A stretch of 28,425 nt of DNA from Thermoplasmata archaeon (GTDB taxonomy: Archaea > Thermoplasmatota > SW-10-69-26 > JACQPN01 > JAJPHT01): positions 1 through 28,425 of the forward strand of contig JAXDQU010000062.1 of assembly GCA_034667685.1 (NCBI GenBank), read 5' to 3'. The notes under the pieces are model-generated. The model was not told where the DNA came from. It did not search any database and was given only the letters and a program-made list of their open reading frames with translations. The translations under genes were made by a program, and so were the position numbers. The stretch's first letter is position 1. Every line of letters starts with the position of its first letter. Of this stretch, positions 1 through 7,804 are shown in pieces.

Positions 1-32
1 TGGCGTCTTGGCGTGATGGCGGCAAGCGAAGC
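1..32. repeat. Dispersed palindromic-repeat arm, truncated by the window edge
   Basis: 1-32 is the exact reverse complement of 4469-4500 (gcttcgcttgccgccatcacgccaagacgcca). Confidence 0.85.
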
Positions 33-128
33 CGTGGCCCAAGCAGGCGTCCCTGGCGTGGGGTGGGCGCTGGGCGCAATGGCCCTGAGAAAATCCGCAT
101 CATCGCGCCGAAGGTCGTAAAACCAACT

Positions 129-923
129 CTAGAAGAACCCGCGACGGCGCGGCGTGTAGAAGCGCCACGCGTACCGCGGCTGGAAGCCCAGGTCGAGGTA
201 GAATCCTTCCACGAATCCCTCGGGCGCCACCTGCAACGTCACGACGTCGGCGTCGCGCGCGTCCTCCAGCGCGCGGGCCATGAGGGCGCGGGCGAGGCCC
301 TGCCTTCGCGCGCCGCGCGTGGTGCCCACGTTGTAGATGCCGGCGACGCCGTCCACGATCGCGAGCAGCGTCGTCGCCACGATCGCGCCCTCGCGCTCGA
401 CGACGTAGAGCTTCGCGCCCGCCTTGCGCCACGCCTCGGTCATGTCCAGGAGCGCCGGATAGAAGCGCCGCGGCATGCGGAAGACGTCCATGAGCGCCTC
501 GGTGAACGCGGGCAACTCGTCGGGCCGCGCGAGACGCACGCCCAGGTCGGGTCCGGCCGGCAGCGGCCCCGGCTCGCGGACGAGCACGTCGAGCGTGCTC
601 GCGCACGAGAAGCCGCGCGAGACGAGCTCGCCGTGCCAGCGCTGCGTGTCGCGGAACGTCGCGAGCGTGATGCTCCATGCGCACTCGCGCTCCTCGAAGA
701 ACGCGGCGGCCTCGGCGGCGACCCGCTCGACGTCGAACGCGTCGGCCGACTCGATCACGGCGCGGTTCATGGTGGGCGCGTCGAGCCCCGCGACGCCGGT
801 GAGGAACCAGCCCTCGCGCGCGCGGCCGAAGTGGCGGTCCGTCGTGCGCGTCAGCGCGTAGTACGCGGCGTCGAGCCTGGACGCGAGCGGATCCTCGGGC
901 CAGGGCTCGCCGCTTTGGAGCAC
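129..923 (-). CDS. GNAT family N-acetyltransferase
   Basis: C-terminal GNAT motifs (AGIYNVGTTRGARRQGLARALM, FYLDLGF); GTG start at 923 chosen within ORF 129..1388. Confidence 0.85.
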   Translation of the reverse strand: MLQSGEPWPEDPLASRLDAAYYALTRTTDRHFGRAREGWFLTGVAGLDAPTMNRAVIESADAFDVERVAAEAAAFFEERECAWSITLATFRDTQRWHGELVSRGFSCASTLDVLVREPGPLPAGPDLGVRLARPDELPAFTEALMDVFRMPRRFYPALLDMTEAWRKAGAKLYVVEREGAIVATTLLAIVDGVAGIYNVGTTRGARRQGLARALMARALEDARDADVVTLQVAPEGFVEGFYLDLGFQPRYAWRFYTPRRRGFF

Positions 924-1055
924 GTGCTCCGATCGGCGCGGACGGCTATGAGCTAGTAGGCCTGGAGCGCCTTTCACGACGGGTCCTCGCGTCGTTGGGC
1001 CGCGCCCCGCCGATTCCGCGGTCGGCTTCTCCGGGGGCGGCATGGTGGAGCTTGC

Positions 1056-1307
1056 ATGAACCGCGCAACGACCGGCGCCCTGGTGGCGCTCCTGATCGTG
1101 CTGATGCCCGCGACCGCCCTCGCCCAGTCGTCCCACGGCGGGCCTTGCCCGACCGACGTCAACTGCACGGGCGGCGTGCGCAACGACACGCCGCAGGTCG
1201 ACGCCGCGGGCGCGGACGCGAAGCACGTGCCCGGCGCGAGCGTCGCGGTGGCGCTGGGCGTCCTCGCCACGAGCGCGGTCCTGCTCCTCGCGTTGCGGAA
1301 GCGCTAA
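1056..1307 (+). CDS. Small secreted/surface protein with PGF-CTERM-like C-terminal anchor
   Basis: Signal peptide ending ALA, short Cys-containing mature region, then VPGA + hydrophobic helix + RKR. Confidence 0.75.
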   Translation: MNRATTGALVALLIVLMPATALAQSSHGGPCPTDVNCTGGVRNDTPQVDAAGADAKHVPGASVAVALGVLATSAVLLLALRKR

Positions 1308-1675
1308 CGTGCCCGCTGCGTGATGGAGAGCACGTTGCCGTCGCGGTCCGCGAACCAGACGACCTGCGCGCCGGCGGGCGACTTCCACGTCCCGTCGGCG
1401 CGCTGGCCGATCCCCGGATAGCGCAGGAGCCTCACGCGCTTGGCCTTGAGCTGGCGCATCGCCTTTTTGATATCAGCGACCTCCCAGCCCAGGATGGCGT
1501 ACGGCGCGGGCTCGACGTTCTCGGAGAGCGAGAGGCGGATCGTGATCGCGTCGTCGCGCACCACCGCGGCGAAGGCGTCCTCGCCCACGTGCCGCATGCC
1601 CAGCTTCGCGACGTACCAGCGCGCGGCGAGGCGCGGGTTCGCGCTCGGGACGAAGACGATGGGTCTTCCCTTCAC
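1304..1675 (-). CDS. VOC/glyoxalase family protein
   Basis: MKGRPIVFVPSANPRLAARWYVAKLG...LGWEVADI...VVWFADRDGNVLSI; GTGA overlap with the upstream stop codon. Confidence 0.85.
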   Translation of the reverse strand: MKGRPIVFVPSANPRLAARWYVAKLGMRHVGEDAFAAVVRDDAITIRLSLSENVEPAPYAILGWEVADIKKAMRQLKAKRVRLLRYPGIGQRADGTWKSPAGAQVVWFADRDGNVLSITQRAR

Positions 1676-2202
1676 TCGCTTTCCTCCAGGAGCGCGCCGA
1701 TCTTCTCCCACGTGGGCCAGTCGCGCATCGTGCCGCGGTCGGTGCCCAGCGCCGCCTCGATCGGCTTGAGCGAGTACGTCCCGGTCTGGTCGAAGCGGCG
1801 GCGCACGCCGATGGCGACCCGGCCCACGAGCGCCTCGATGCGCATGCCCCACGCGCCGTCCTTCGCCTCCGCCGTGACGGGGAGCTTCGGCTTCTTCGCG
1901 GGCGCCTGGGGGAGCGCGGTGCCGAAGCGCTTCGCGCCCGCGGGGACCTCGACCTTCGCGCCCGCGTCGAGCGCGTCGCGCACCTCCGCCTCCTGGAGGA
2001 TCACCATCTCGGGGTCGTCCCACGGAAGCTCCGCGCCGATCTTCGCGCGCAGCGTGCGCTCGGCGACCTTCCGGCGCACGACGAACGTCCCGGCGGCGCC
2101 GAGGTTGGCGATCTCCAGCTCGGCGAGGTCCTTCACGAGCTGGGCGGGGCTGAAGCGGCGCTTGCCGAGGTTCGCGCCGCGCAGCAGGACGACGAGGGCC
2201 AC
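1672..2202 (-). CDS. DUF1697 family protein
   Basis: N-terminal VVLLRGANLG and C-terminal GTMRDWPT match DUF1697 motifs (LLRGINVG...T.RNW.T). Confidence 0.75.
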   Translation of the reverse strand: MALVVLLRGANLGKRRFSPAQLVKDLAELEIANLGAAGTFVVRRKVAERTLRAKIGAELPWDDPEMVILQEAEVRDALDAGAKVEVPAGAKRFGTALPQAPAKKPKLPVTAEAKDGAWGMRIEALVGRVAIGVRRRFDQTGTYSLKPIEAALGTDRGTMRDWPTWEKIGALLEESE

Positions 2203-2226
2203 GCGGCGCGCATGGAGCCGTCTGGC

Positions 2227-2232
2227 CTTTAG
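2227..2232. promoter_or_regulatory. Candidate bidirectional TATA-like box
   Basis: CTTTAG lies about 25 nt from both divergent GTG starts (2202 and 2256) in a 53-nt spacer. Confidence 0.45.
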
Positions 2233-2255
2233 CCCTGACGAGGCGTTTCCGGCGC

Positions 2256-2786
2256 GTGCCCTCCGGCCCGTTCTTCAGCATCGCGTCCGGCGCCATCCCC
2301 GGCGGCTTCGACCACGCGCCGCCTGGCGGCGTGTGCGTCTCGACGTTCCTTTTCGTGCGCGACGCGCGGGGCCGCGTGCTCCTGGGCAGGTACGCGGACG
2401 ATCCGCGCTGGCGCGACCTCGTGGGGCTCGACGCCGAGCGCATCCGCCACCACGCGCGGGGCTGGACGGTCCCCGCGAGCCACAACAAGGTCGGCGAGGA
2501 CCCGCGCGACGCGGCGCGGCGGATCGCGCGCGAGATCCTGGGCCTCGACGGGCTGGCGTTCGACGAGCCGCGCGTGGCGACCGAGACGTACGAGCTGGCG
2601 CGCCTGCCCGGCGAGCGCCACTTCGACGTCCTCCTGCTCGTGGGCGCCACGGCCCCCGACGCCGGCGTGAGGACGCCGCCGTGGTACGCGGAGCTGGCGT
2701 GGCACGACCTGCCCGCGCTGCCGCGCTCGGCCTTTGGGCGCGGCCACGAGGACGTCGTCGCGCATTGGATTCGGCTGCACCCTTAA
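2256..2786 (+). CDS. Nudix-fold protein with degenerate Nudix box
   Basis: FLFVRDARGRVLLG...WTVPASHNKVGEDPRDAARRIAREILG...ELAWHDLPALP. Confidence 0.8.
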   Translation: MPSGPFFSIASGAIPGGFDHAPPGGVCVSTFLFVRDARGRVLLGRYADDPRWRDLVGLDAERIRHHARGWTVPASHNKVGEDPRDAARRIAREILGLDGLAFDEPRVATETYELARLPGERHFDVLLLVGATAPDAGVRTPPWYAELAWHDLPALPRSAFGRGHEDVVAHWIRLHP

Positions 2787-2810
2787 GCCTCGCCGCGCCG
2801 AGCGCTCCGC

Positions 2811-2918
2811 ATGGAATCCGAAGCGAGCGTCCCAGGCAACGTCGGGCGCCGCGACGAGTCGATCCGCGTCGGCGCGGTCGTCGTCCTCTTCGTAGGCATC
2901 CAGCACCGCAAGCGCTGA
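2811..2918 (+). pseudogene. 35-aa ORF, possible truncated DUF2892/YgaP-type membrane protein
   Basis: MESEASVPGNVGRRDESIRVGAVVVLFVGIQHRKR; NVGxxDxxIR resembles the DUF2892 N-terminus, but only one short hydrophobic stretch follows. Confidence 0.35.
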
Positions 2919-2942
2919 ATCCCCGGACCGGGTCTTCGGCGC

Positions 2943-3755
2943 GTGCGCCTCCTCCCCGCGCTCGTCCTCGTCCTGCTCGCGCTTCCGTGCGCGGCGGCGC
3001 AGACGTTCCCCGAGGGGAAGACGAACCCCTTCGGCCACATCCCGGTGCGCATCCGGCTCGACCTCTCGAACCTCACCCCGGAGGACGCGGGCTACGCCGA
3101 GGACGCCCGCGCCGCGCTGGCGTTCTGGGAGGGCGGCGGCAACGGCCGGCTCGCGTGGAACGTCACCTTCGTCGAGGTGACGAACGCCTCCGACGCCGAT
3201 ATCAATTTCTGGTTCCGCGACGCGGGCCGCGCGGGGCCGTTGTGCGACGAGGCGCCCCGCGCGCTGGGCTGCGCGCGCCCTTTCGAGCGCCCCGTGTCCA
3301 TCGAGGTCGTGGCGCGCCGGCCCGACGCCACGTTCGTCCCGTTCCGGCAGATCCGCGAGGTCAGCGAGCACGAGATCGGCCACGCGCTCGGCTTCGGCCA
3401 CAGCAGGATCCCGGGCGACGTCATGCAGCCCGAGGCCTCGTACGCGGCCGAGACGGCGTGGCGGCCCGGCGACCTCGCGCGCCTGCTGGGCGGCGCGGCG
3501 GCCGTGCTCGCGATCCTGGGCGGGCTCGCGTGGCTGGGCTGGCGCGCGCTGCGGCCCAGCGCCGAGATCGGGCGCGTGCGGCTCGCCACCGAGGCCGAGA
3601 TGGACGGCCCGTGCGCGGTCGACCGGCGCGGCCACCGGTTCGAGGAGGCCGACATCGAGACGGCGGGCCGGATCGAGCGCTGGCGCGTGTGCGTCCACTG
3701 CGGCGCGGGACGTCCCGAAAGGCTTGAGAGCGACCGCCCCCTGGAGCCTTCGTGA
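2943..3755 (+). CDS. Membrane-anchored matrixin (M10-like) zinc metalloprotease
   Basis: Signal peptide, HEIGHALGFGH plus Met-turn (DVMQP), TM helix, C-terminal C-x6-H...CVHC. Confidence 0.88.
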   Translation: MRLLPALVLVLLALPCAAAQTFPEGKTNPFGHIPVRIRLDLSNLTPEDAGYAEDARAALAFWEGGGNGRLAWNVTFVEVTNASDADINFWFRDAGRAGPLCDEAPRALGCARPFERPVSIEVVARRPDATFVPFRQIREVSEHEIGHALGFGHSRIPGDVMQPEASYAAETAWRPGDLARLLGGAAAVLAILGGLAWLGWRALRPSAEIGRVRLATEAEMDGPCAVDRRGHRFEEADIETAGRIERWRVCVHCGAGRPERLESDRPLEPS

Positions 3756-4408
3756 GCCTGACGCCGCGCGACGAGCGGATCCTGCTGCGCCTGCTGCGGG
3801 CGAGGATGCCCAGCGCGGAGCCGCGCGGCCCGCCGCCGGCCGGCGCGCAGCCCTTCGGCATCCCGCGCGAGTCGGGCGGCGTGCTCGCGGCGCTGCACTT
3901 CCCCGTCGAGCGGTCCGCCGGCGTCATCCTGCTCAGCCACGGCGGCGACCGCGTCCCGTGGCTGCGCGAGCAGGGCCTCGCCGTCGCGACGTTCGACCAC
4001 GGCGGCTCCGGCGAGAGCGACCCCGCCGCCGGCCTGCCGCACCGCGAGTGGGCCGACGCATTGCGCTGGGCGAGGCGCCGTTACCCGGGCGCGCCCGTCC
4101 ACGTCTGGGGCGTCGGGCTGAGCGCCCACTTCGCGCACCACGCGCTCGCGCGCGACGAGAAGGGCGTGGCAAGCGCGATCTTCGAGGACGTGCCCGCGGA
4201 GGTCGGTGGCCTGGTGCCGCGCATGCTGGCGCGCGGGTGGCTGCCGGCGGCCGCGCACGCGCCCGACGTGAACGCGGACCGCGTGCTCTACCTCGGCGGC
4301 CGGCGCGACCTGGCCTCCGCCTCGCCGCTGGCGCGCCACCATCCCGACGCGTGGGACGTGGGCGGCGCGGCGGCGCGCGATGTGGTGCGGGCGACGCTGC
4401 GCGGGTAG
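3752..4408 (+). CDS. Alpha/beta-hydrolase-fold protein, nucleophile apparently missing
   Basis: VILLSHG, AVATFDHGGSGES, VHVWGVGLS; GTGA overlap with the protease stop codon. Confidence 0.75.
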   Translation: MSLTPRDERILLRLLRARMPSAEPRGPPPAGAQPFGIPRESGGVLAALHFPVERSAGVILLSHGGDRVPWLREQGLAVATFDHGGSGESDPAAGLPHREWADALRWARRRYPGAPVHVWGVGLSAHFAHHALARDEKGVASAIFEDVPAEVGGLVPRMLARGWLPAAAHAPDVNADRVLYLGGRRDLASASPLARHHPDAWDVGGAAARDVVRATLRG

Positions 4409-4596
4409 AACCTGTTTCATAATCTCCTCCGTTGCCGCGAGGTTTTTTCTTTCCATTTCCCGCGTGGCGCTTCGCTTGCCGCCATCACGCCAAGACGCCA
4501 ACACGCCGCGTGTTGGCGTGATGGCGGAGAGCGAAGCGTCCAGAGGAAGCAAGAAGAAGAAACGAGCAGCGACCGGAAAGGTGAGGAAACGAGTTC
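4408..4596. mobile_element. MITE-like element with imperfect terminal inverted repeats and central palindrome
   Basis: Ends GAACCTGTTTC / GAAACGAGTTC (9/11 inverted match), TA on both flanks (4406-4407, 4597-4598), hairpin at 4468-4538, more AT-rich than the surroundings. Confidence 0.5.
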
Positions 4597-4919
4597 TAGG
4601 TGCTCACGTCGTCCACGGGCGCGCGCGGTCGGCGGTGCACGATGTGCAGCCAGGGCCGGTCGTGCCGCGCGAGGGATTCGAGCGCCTCGGCCGCGGCGTC
4701 CATCGCCTGCGCGGCGCGCAGGTAGGCCTCGCGCAGGTCGTGGCCCAGGCGCGAGAGGCGCTCGACCTCGTTGGCCGCGTCGGCGGCGCGCCCGAGCGCC
4801 TCCTGCGCCGCGGCGGTGACGTGATCCTGCCCGTCGCGCTCGACGAGGAGGGCGGCGCGGCCGGCGAGGCGGGCAGCGGCGCGGGCGAAGGCGTTGGCGG
4901 GCTCCGAGCGGGCTAGCAT
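4596..4919 (-). CDS. Hypothetical alpha-helical protein
   Basis: 107-aa Ala-rich ORF with GC3-rich codons and an AT-rich TATA-like patch about 25 nt upstream. Confidence 0.65.
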   Translation of the reverse strand: MLARSEPANAFARAAARLAGRAALLVERDGQDHVTAAAQEALGRAADAANEVERLSRLGHDLREAYLRAAQAMDAAAEALESLARHDRPWLHIVHRRPRAPVDDVST

Positions 4920-4970
4920 GCAGGCATGAGCCGTGATAGCATACTTAGCCTGAGCGCCTACACCCGCGGT

Positions 4971-6029
4971 TCAGTTGCTCAACGTGGCGAGCCGCGGCAA
5001 GCCCTCGGTGGGGTAGTAACGCACGTGGCGGCCGTCGCGCTCCTTGCGCACCAGGCCGCTCTGCACGAGGCGGTCCGCGTGCCAGTGGGCCAGCGAGGGG
5101 GCGAGGCCGAAGCGCGCGCAGAGCGCCTGCTGGTCGAGGCCGGGCTGGGCCGCGACCTCCATCGCGATCGCGCGGGTCGTGTCGTGGCGCAGCGCCGCGA
5201 ACGCGGACGCCTCGTCCTTGCGCGCGAGGCCGCCGGGGACGAACCAGACGCGGACGCGGCCCGAGCGCTGCGAGACGGCGAGCCCCTCGCGTTCGAGCCT
5301 GCGCAGGTGGTAGGTCGCGGTGTTGCGCGGCACGCCCGCGGCGTCGGCGAGGTCGGTGACGGGGAGGCCGGGCCGCTCGCGGATGACGGTGAGGAGCCGG
5401 TCGCGGCTGCCGTGGTCGAGCAGGCGCTCCTTGGCGATGCGCGTGTAGAGCGCGGCGAGGAAGGCGAGGCGCTTGAGCCGGTCCCACGCGAAGGGCGCGG
5501 CGGGCGCCACGGCGGCGCCGGCGGCCACGGCGGCGACGAGCGCGGCGGAGGCGACGGCGGGCACGACGGCCGGGGGCGCGGCGCTGCTCGCCGAGACGGG
5601 GGCGGGGGACGCGACGGGCGCCGCGGCCGGGGCCTGGGGCGCGTCGGCGCCGGGCAGCAGGGGACCCACGGTCGTCAGCAGGCCGAGGTCCGGGCCGCGT
5701 GGCAGCGGCACGGGGCCCAGCGGCGCGCGCAGGAGGCGGATCGCGTCGTCCGAGAGCGGGAGAAGGGGGCTCGACGGGGAGGAGGGCTCGGACTGGGGCT
5801 CGGGGTGAGGCTGGGGCTCGGGGTCCGACGGGGCGAGGAAGTCCGGCGCAGGGGGCAGCTGCGCCTCCGGGTCGACGCCGGTCGGGGGCGCGAGGTCGGG
5901 GAGCGGGAGGGGCAGCACGTCGTGCAGGTCGACGCGGACGAGGGAGCCCACGCCGATCGTCTGGGCCGACGCGACCGGGACTGCGATCAGCGCGAGCAGG
6001 ATGAACGTCGCGGGGACACGGATGGCCAT
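4971..6029 (-). CDS. Membrane-anchored transcriptional regulator with two winged-HTH domains
   Basis: Signal peptide (MAIRVPATFILLALIAVPVASA), Pro-rich spacer, hydrophobic segments, then LYTRI...RDRLLTVIRERPG...YHLRRLEREG and QPGLDQ...WHADRLVQSGLVRKERDGR. Confidence 0.85.
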   Translation of the reverse strand: MAIRVPATFILLALIAVPVASAQTIGVGSLVRVDLHDVLPLPLPDLAPPTGVDPEAQLPPAPDFLAPSDPEPQPHPEPQSEPSSPSSPLLPLSDDAIRLLRAPLGPVPLPRGPDLGLLTTVGPLLPGADAPQAPAAAPVASPAPVSASSAAPPAVVPAVASAALVAAVAAGAAVAPAAPFAWDRLKRLAFLAALYTRIAKERLLDHGSRDRLLTVIRERPGLPVTDLADAAGVPRNTATYHLRRLEREGLAVSQRSGRVRVWFVPGGLARKDEASAFAALRHDTTRAIAMEVAAQPGLDQQALCARFGLAPSLAHWHADRLVQSGLVRKERDGRHVRYYPTEGLPRLATLSN

Positions 6030-6127
6030 CGCCTCCACTCCGGATCGCGGCAACGGCCACGCGCAACATAACCCCGGTGGTCGCGTCCTTGAAACGAGGT
6101 TCGCGGCAAGCGGGCGATTTCAACTTC

Positions 6128-6150
6128 ACGACCATCCTGTTCATGGTCGT
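6128..6150. promoter_or_regulatory. Candidate operator palindrome
   Basis: ACGACCAT-N7-ATGGTCGT perfect inverted repeat in the divergent intergenic region. Confidence 0.4.
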
Positions 6151-6181
6151 CACGTTCGTGGTCGGCGCGGAGAGCCCCCAC

Positions 6182-7804
6182 ATGCAACGCAACCAGATCC
6201 TGGCGGTGCTCGTCGGCCTCGCGTCGGCCGGCGGCGTCGCCCTCTACGCGCTGGGCACGGCGAACGCGGCCGAATGGCACACGTACACCGGCGACGTCTA
6301 CCCGGGCCACGCCTACGCGGTCCAGATCCCCTCCGACACCCGCAGCCTGGAGGCGCGCTTCGCCGGCAACGGCAGCGCCTCGCTCACGCTCCTGGACCCC
6401 AGCGGCGCGAAGGTCGGCTACTACGCGCTCGATGGCAAGCTCCCCGCGGCCGCCGTCGCGCAGCCCGCGGCCGGCGCCTACACGCTCTTCGTGTACGGCC
6501 TCACCGACGGCGCGCTCACCCTCGCGGTGGACAGCGCCTCGACGCCGCAGGCCCAGCTCGCCGAGCTGCCTCTGGCGCGCCAGGACGTGCAGGTCGCCTC
6601 GTTCGACCAGCCCGCGCCGCTCGACAAGGCGATGACGGCCACGTTCCACGCCGCGCCGCTCTTCGTCACCGTGCTCTACCAGGGCAGCGTCGAGGCGCTC
6701 GACGCGACGCTCGCGAGCGGCAAGGGCGACGTCATGACGATCGCGGGCGAGTCGGGCACCGCGTTCTCGCCCGGCGTCGCCGTCGCGCAGCAGGGCGCGC
6801 GCGCCAACACGTTCGGCAACCTGGAGGGCACCGCGTACACGCTGACCGCGCACGCGAAGTCGTTCCAGGGCACGCTCTTCCTCACGGGCGTCTCCGTGGC
6901 GCCCTCCGCCGCGGTGGCCCCCGCGGCGCACGCTCCGCGCCACGCGCACAACGCGAGCCAGCGGCAGCCCCAGGCCACCACGACGACCGCGACGTTCTCC
7001 ACGGACGCGCCCACCACGCTCCGGCTCGACGTGGGCCACGCCTACGCCTTCGCCGCGCAGCCCGGCAAGCTCCTGCTGGAGGACCCCATGCAGAAGGGCG
7101 GCGCGACCGTGCTCGTCTACCGCCCCGACGACGTCCTCCTGGGCGCCTACCCGGTGGGCACGCAGGGGCGCTCGGTCGACCTGCCGGTGGCCGGCGAGTA
7201 CGTCGCCTACGTCGCGCGCGCCTCCGACGGCCTCGTCTACGCGCAGGTCCCCGGCGGGGACGGCCACGGCGCCGACCTCGCGCTGGGCCACGAGAACTTC
7301 AGCGCGAGCTTCCAGAGCCTCGGCCTGGACCAGGCGAGCGCGCCCTTCCACCTGGATCACGTCCCGGTCGACCTGCGCATGCTCGTCGTGGACGACGTCG
7401 CGGTCGCGGGCGGCTACGAGGTGACCAACGCGAAGGGCATGGTCGCCTCCTGGTCCGCGCTCGTGGACCTGGGCGGCTCGGACCCCTTCGGCACGGGCGG
7501 CACCTACGTCGACCCCGCGAACTTCGCCGCGGGCGACCACGTCCTGCGCGCGGATGGCGTCGCGCAGGGCTCGGTCAGCGTCCTCACGACCTACTTCGAG
7601 CGCGCCATCGTGGCGGAGACCCCGACGCCCCCGCCCGCGCCGCCGACCCCGCCCGCGAACGAGCCGTCGAACCAGACCGGCAACGACACCTGGAACGGCA
7701 CGTTCCCGTGGGATCCCACGTCGGGTCCGTTCCCGCCCGCGCCGGACGCGCCGCAGTCGATGCCCATGATCCCGGAGATCCCGGCCCTGCCGCGGCTCAT
7801 CTGA
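6182..7804 (+). CDS. Secreted beta-rich protein with repeated PPC-like modules and Pro-rich tail
   Basis: Signal peptide from ATG 6182; modules such as LTLLDPSG...PAAGAYTLFV and LVYRPDD...PVAGEYVAYV. Confidence 0.8.
   Translation: MQRNQILAVLVGLASAGGVALYALGTANAAEWHTYTGDVYPGHAYAVQIPSDTRSLEARFAGNGSASLTLLDPSGAKVGYYALDGKLPAAAVAQPAAGAYTLFVYGLTDGALTLAVDSASTPQAQLAELPLARQDVQVASFDQPAPLDKAMTATFHAAPLFVTVLYQGSVEALDATLASGKGDVMTIAGESGTAFSPGVAVAQQGARANTFGNLEGTAYTLTAHAKSFQGTLFLTGVSVAPSAAVAPAAHAPRHAHNASQRQPQATTTTATFSTDAPTTLRLDVGHAYAFAAQPGKLLLEDPMQKGGATVLVYRPDDVLLGAYPVGTQGRSVDLPVAGEYVAYVARASDGLVYAQVPGGDGHGADLALGHENFSASFQSLGLDQASAPFHLDHVPVDLRMLVVDDVAVAGGYEVTNAKGMVASWSALVDLGGSDPFGTGGTYVDPANFAAGDHVLRADGVAQGSVSVLTTYFERAIVAETPTPPPAPPTPPANEPSNQTGNDTWNGTFPWDPTSGPFPPAPDAPQSMPMIPEIPALPRLI

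Noticed and set aside
917-930. 14-bp palindrome GGAGCACGTGCTCC over the GNAT start
   Set aside because: Single occurrence; could be an operator but nothing else supports it.
4380-4916. 178-aa + strand ORF across the MITE-like element
   Set aside because: It runs through a repeat and antisense to the better-supported 4596..4919 gene; no transposase motifs.
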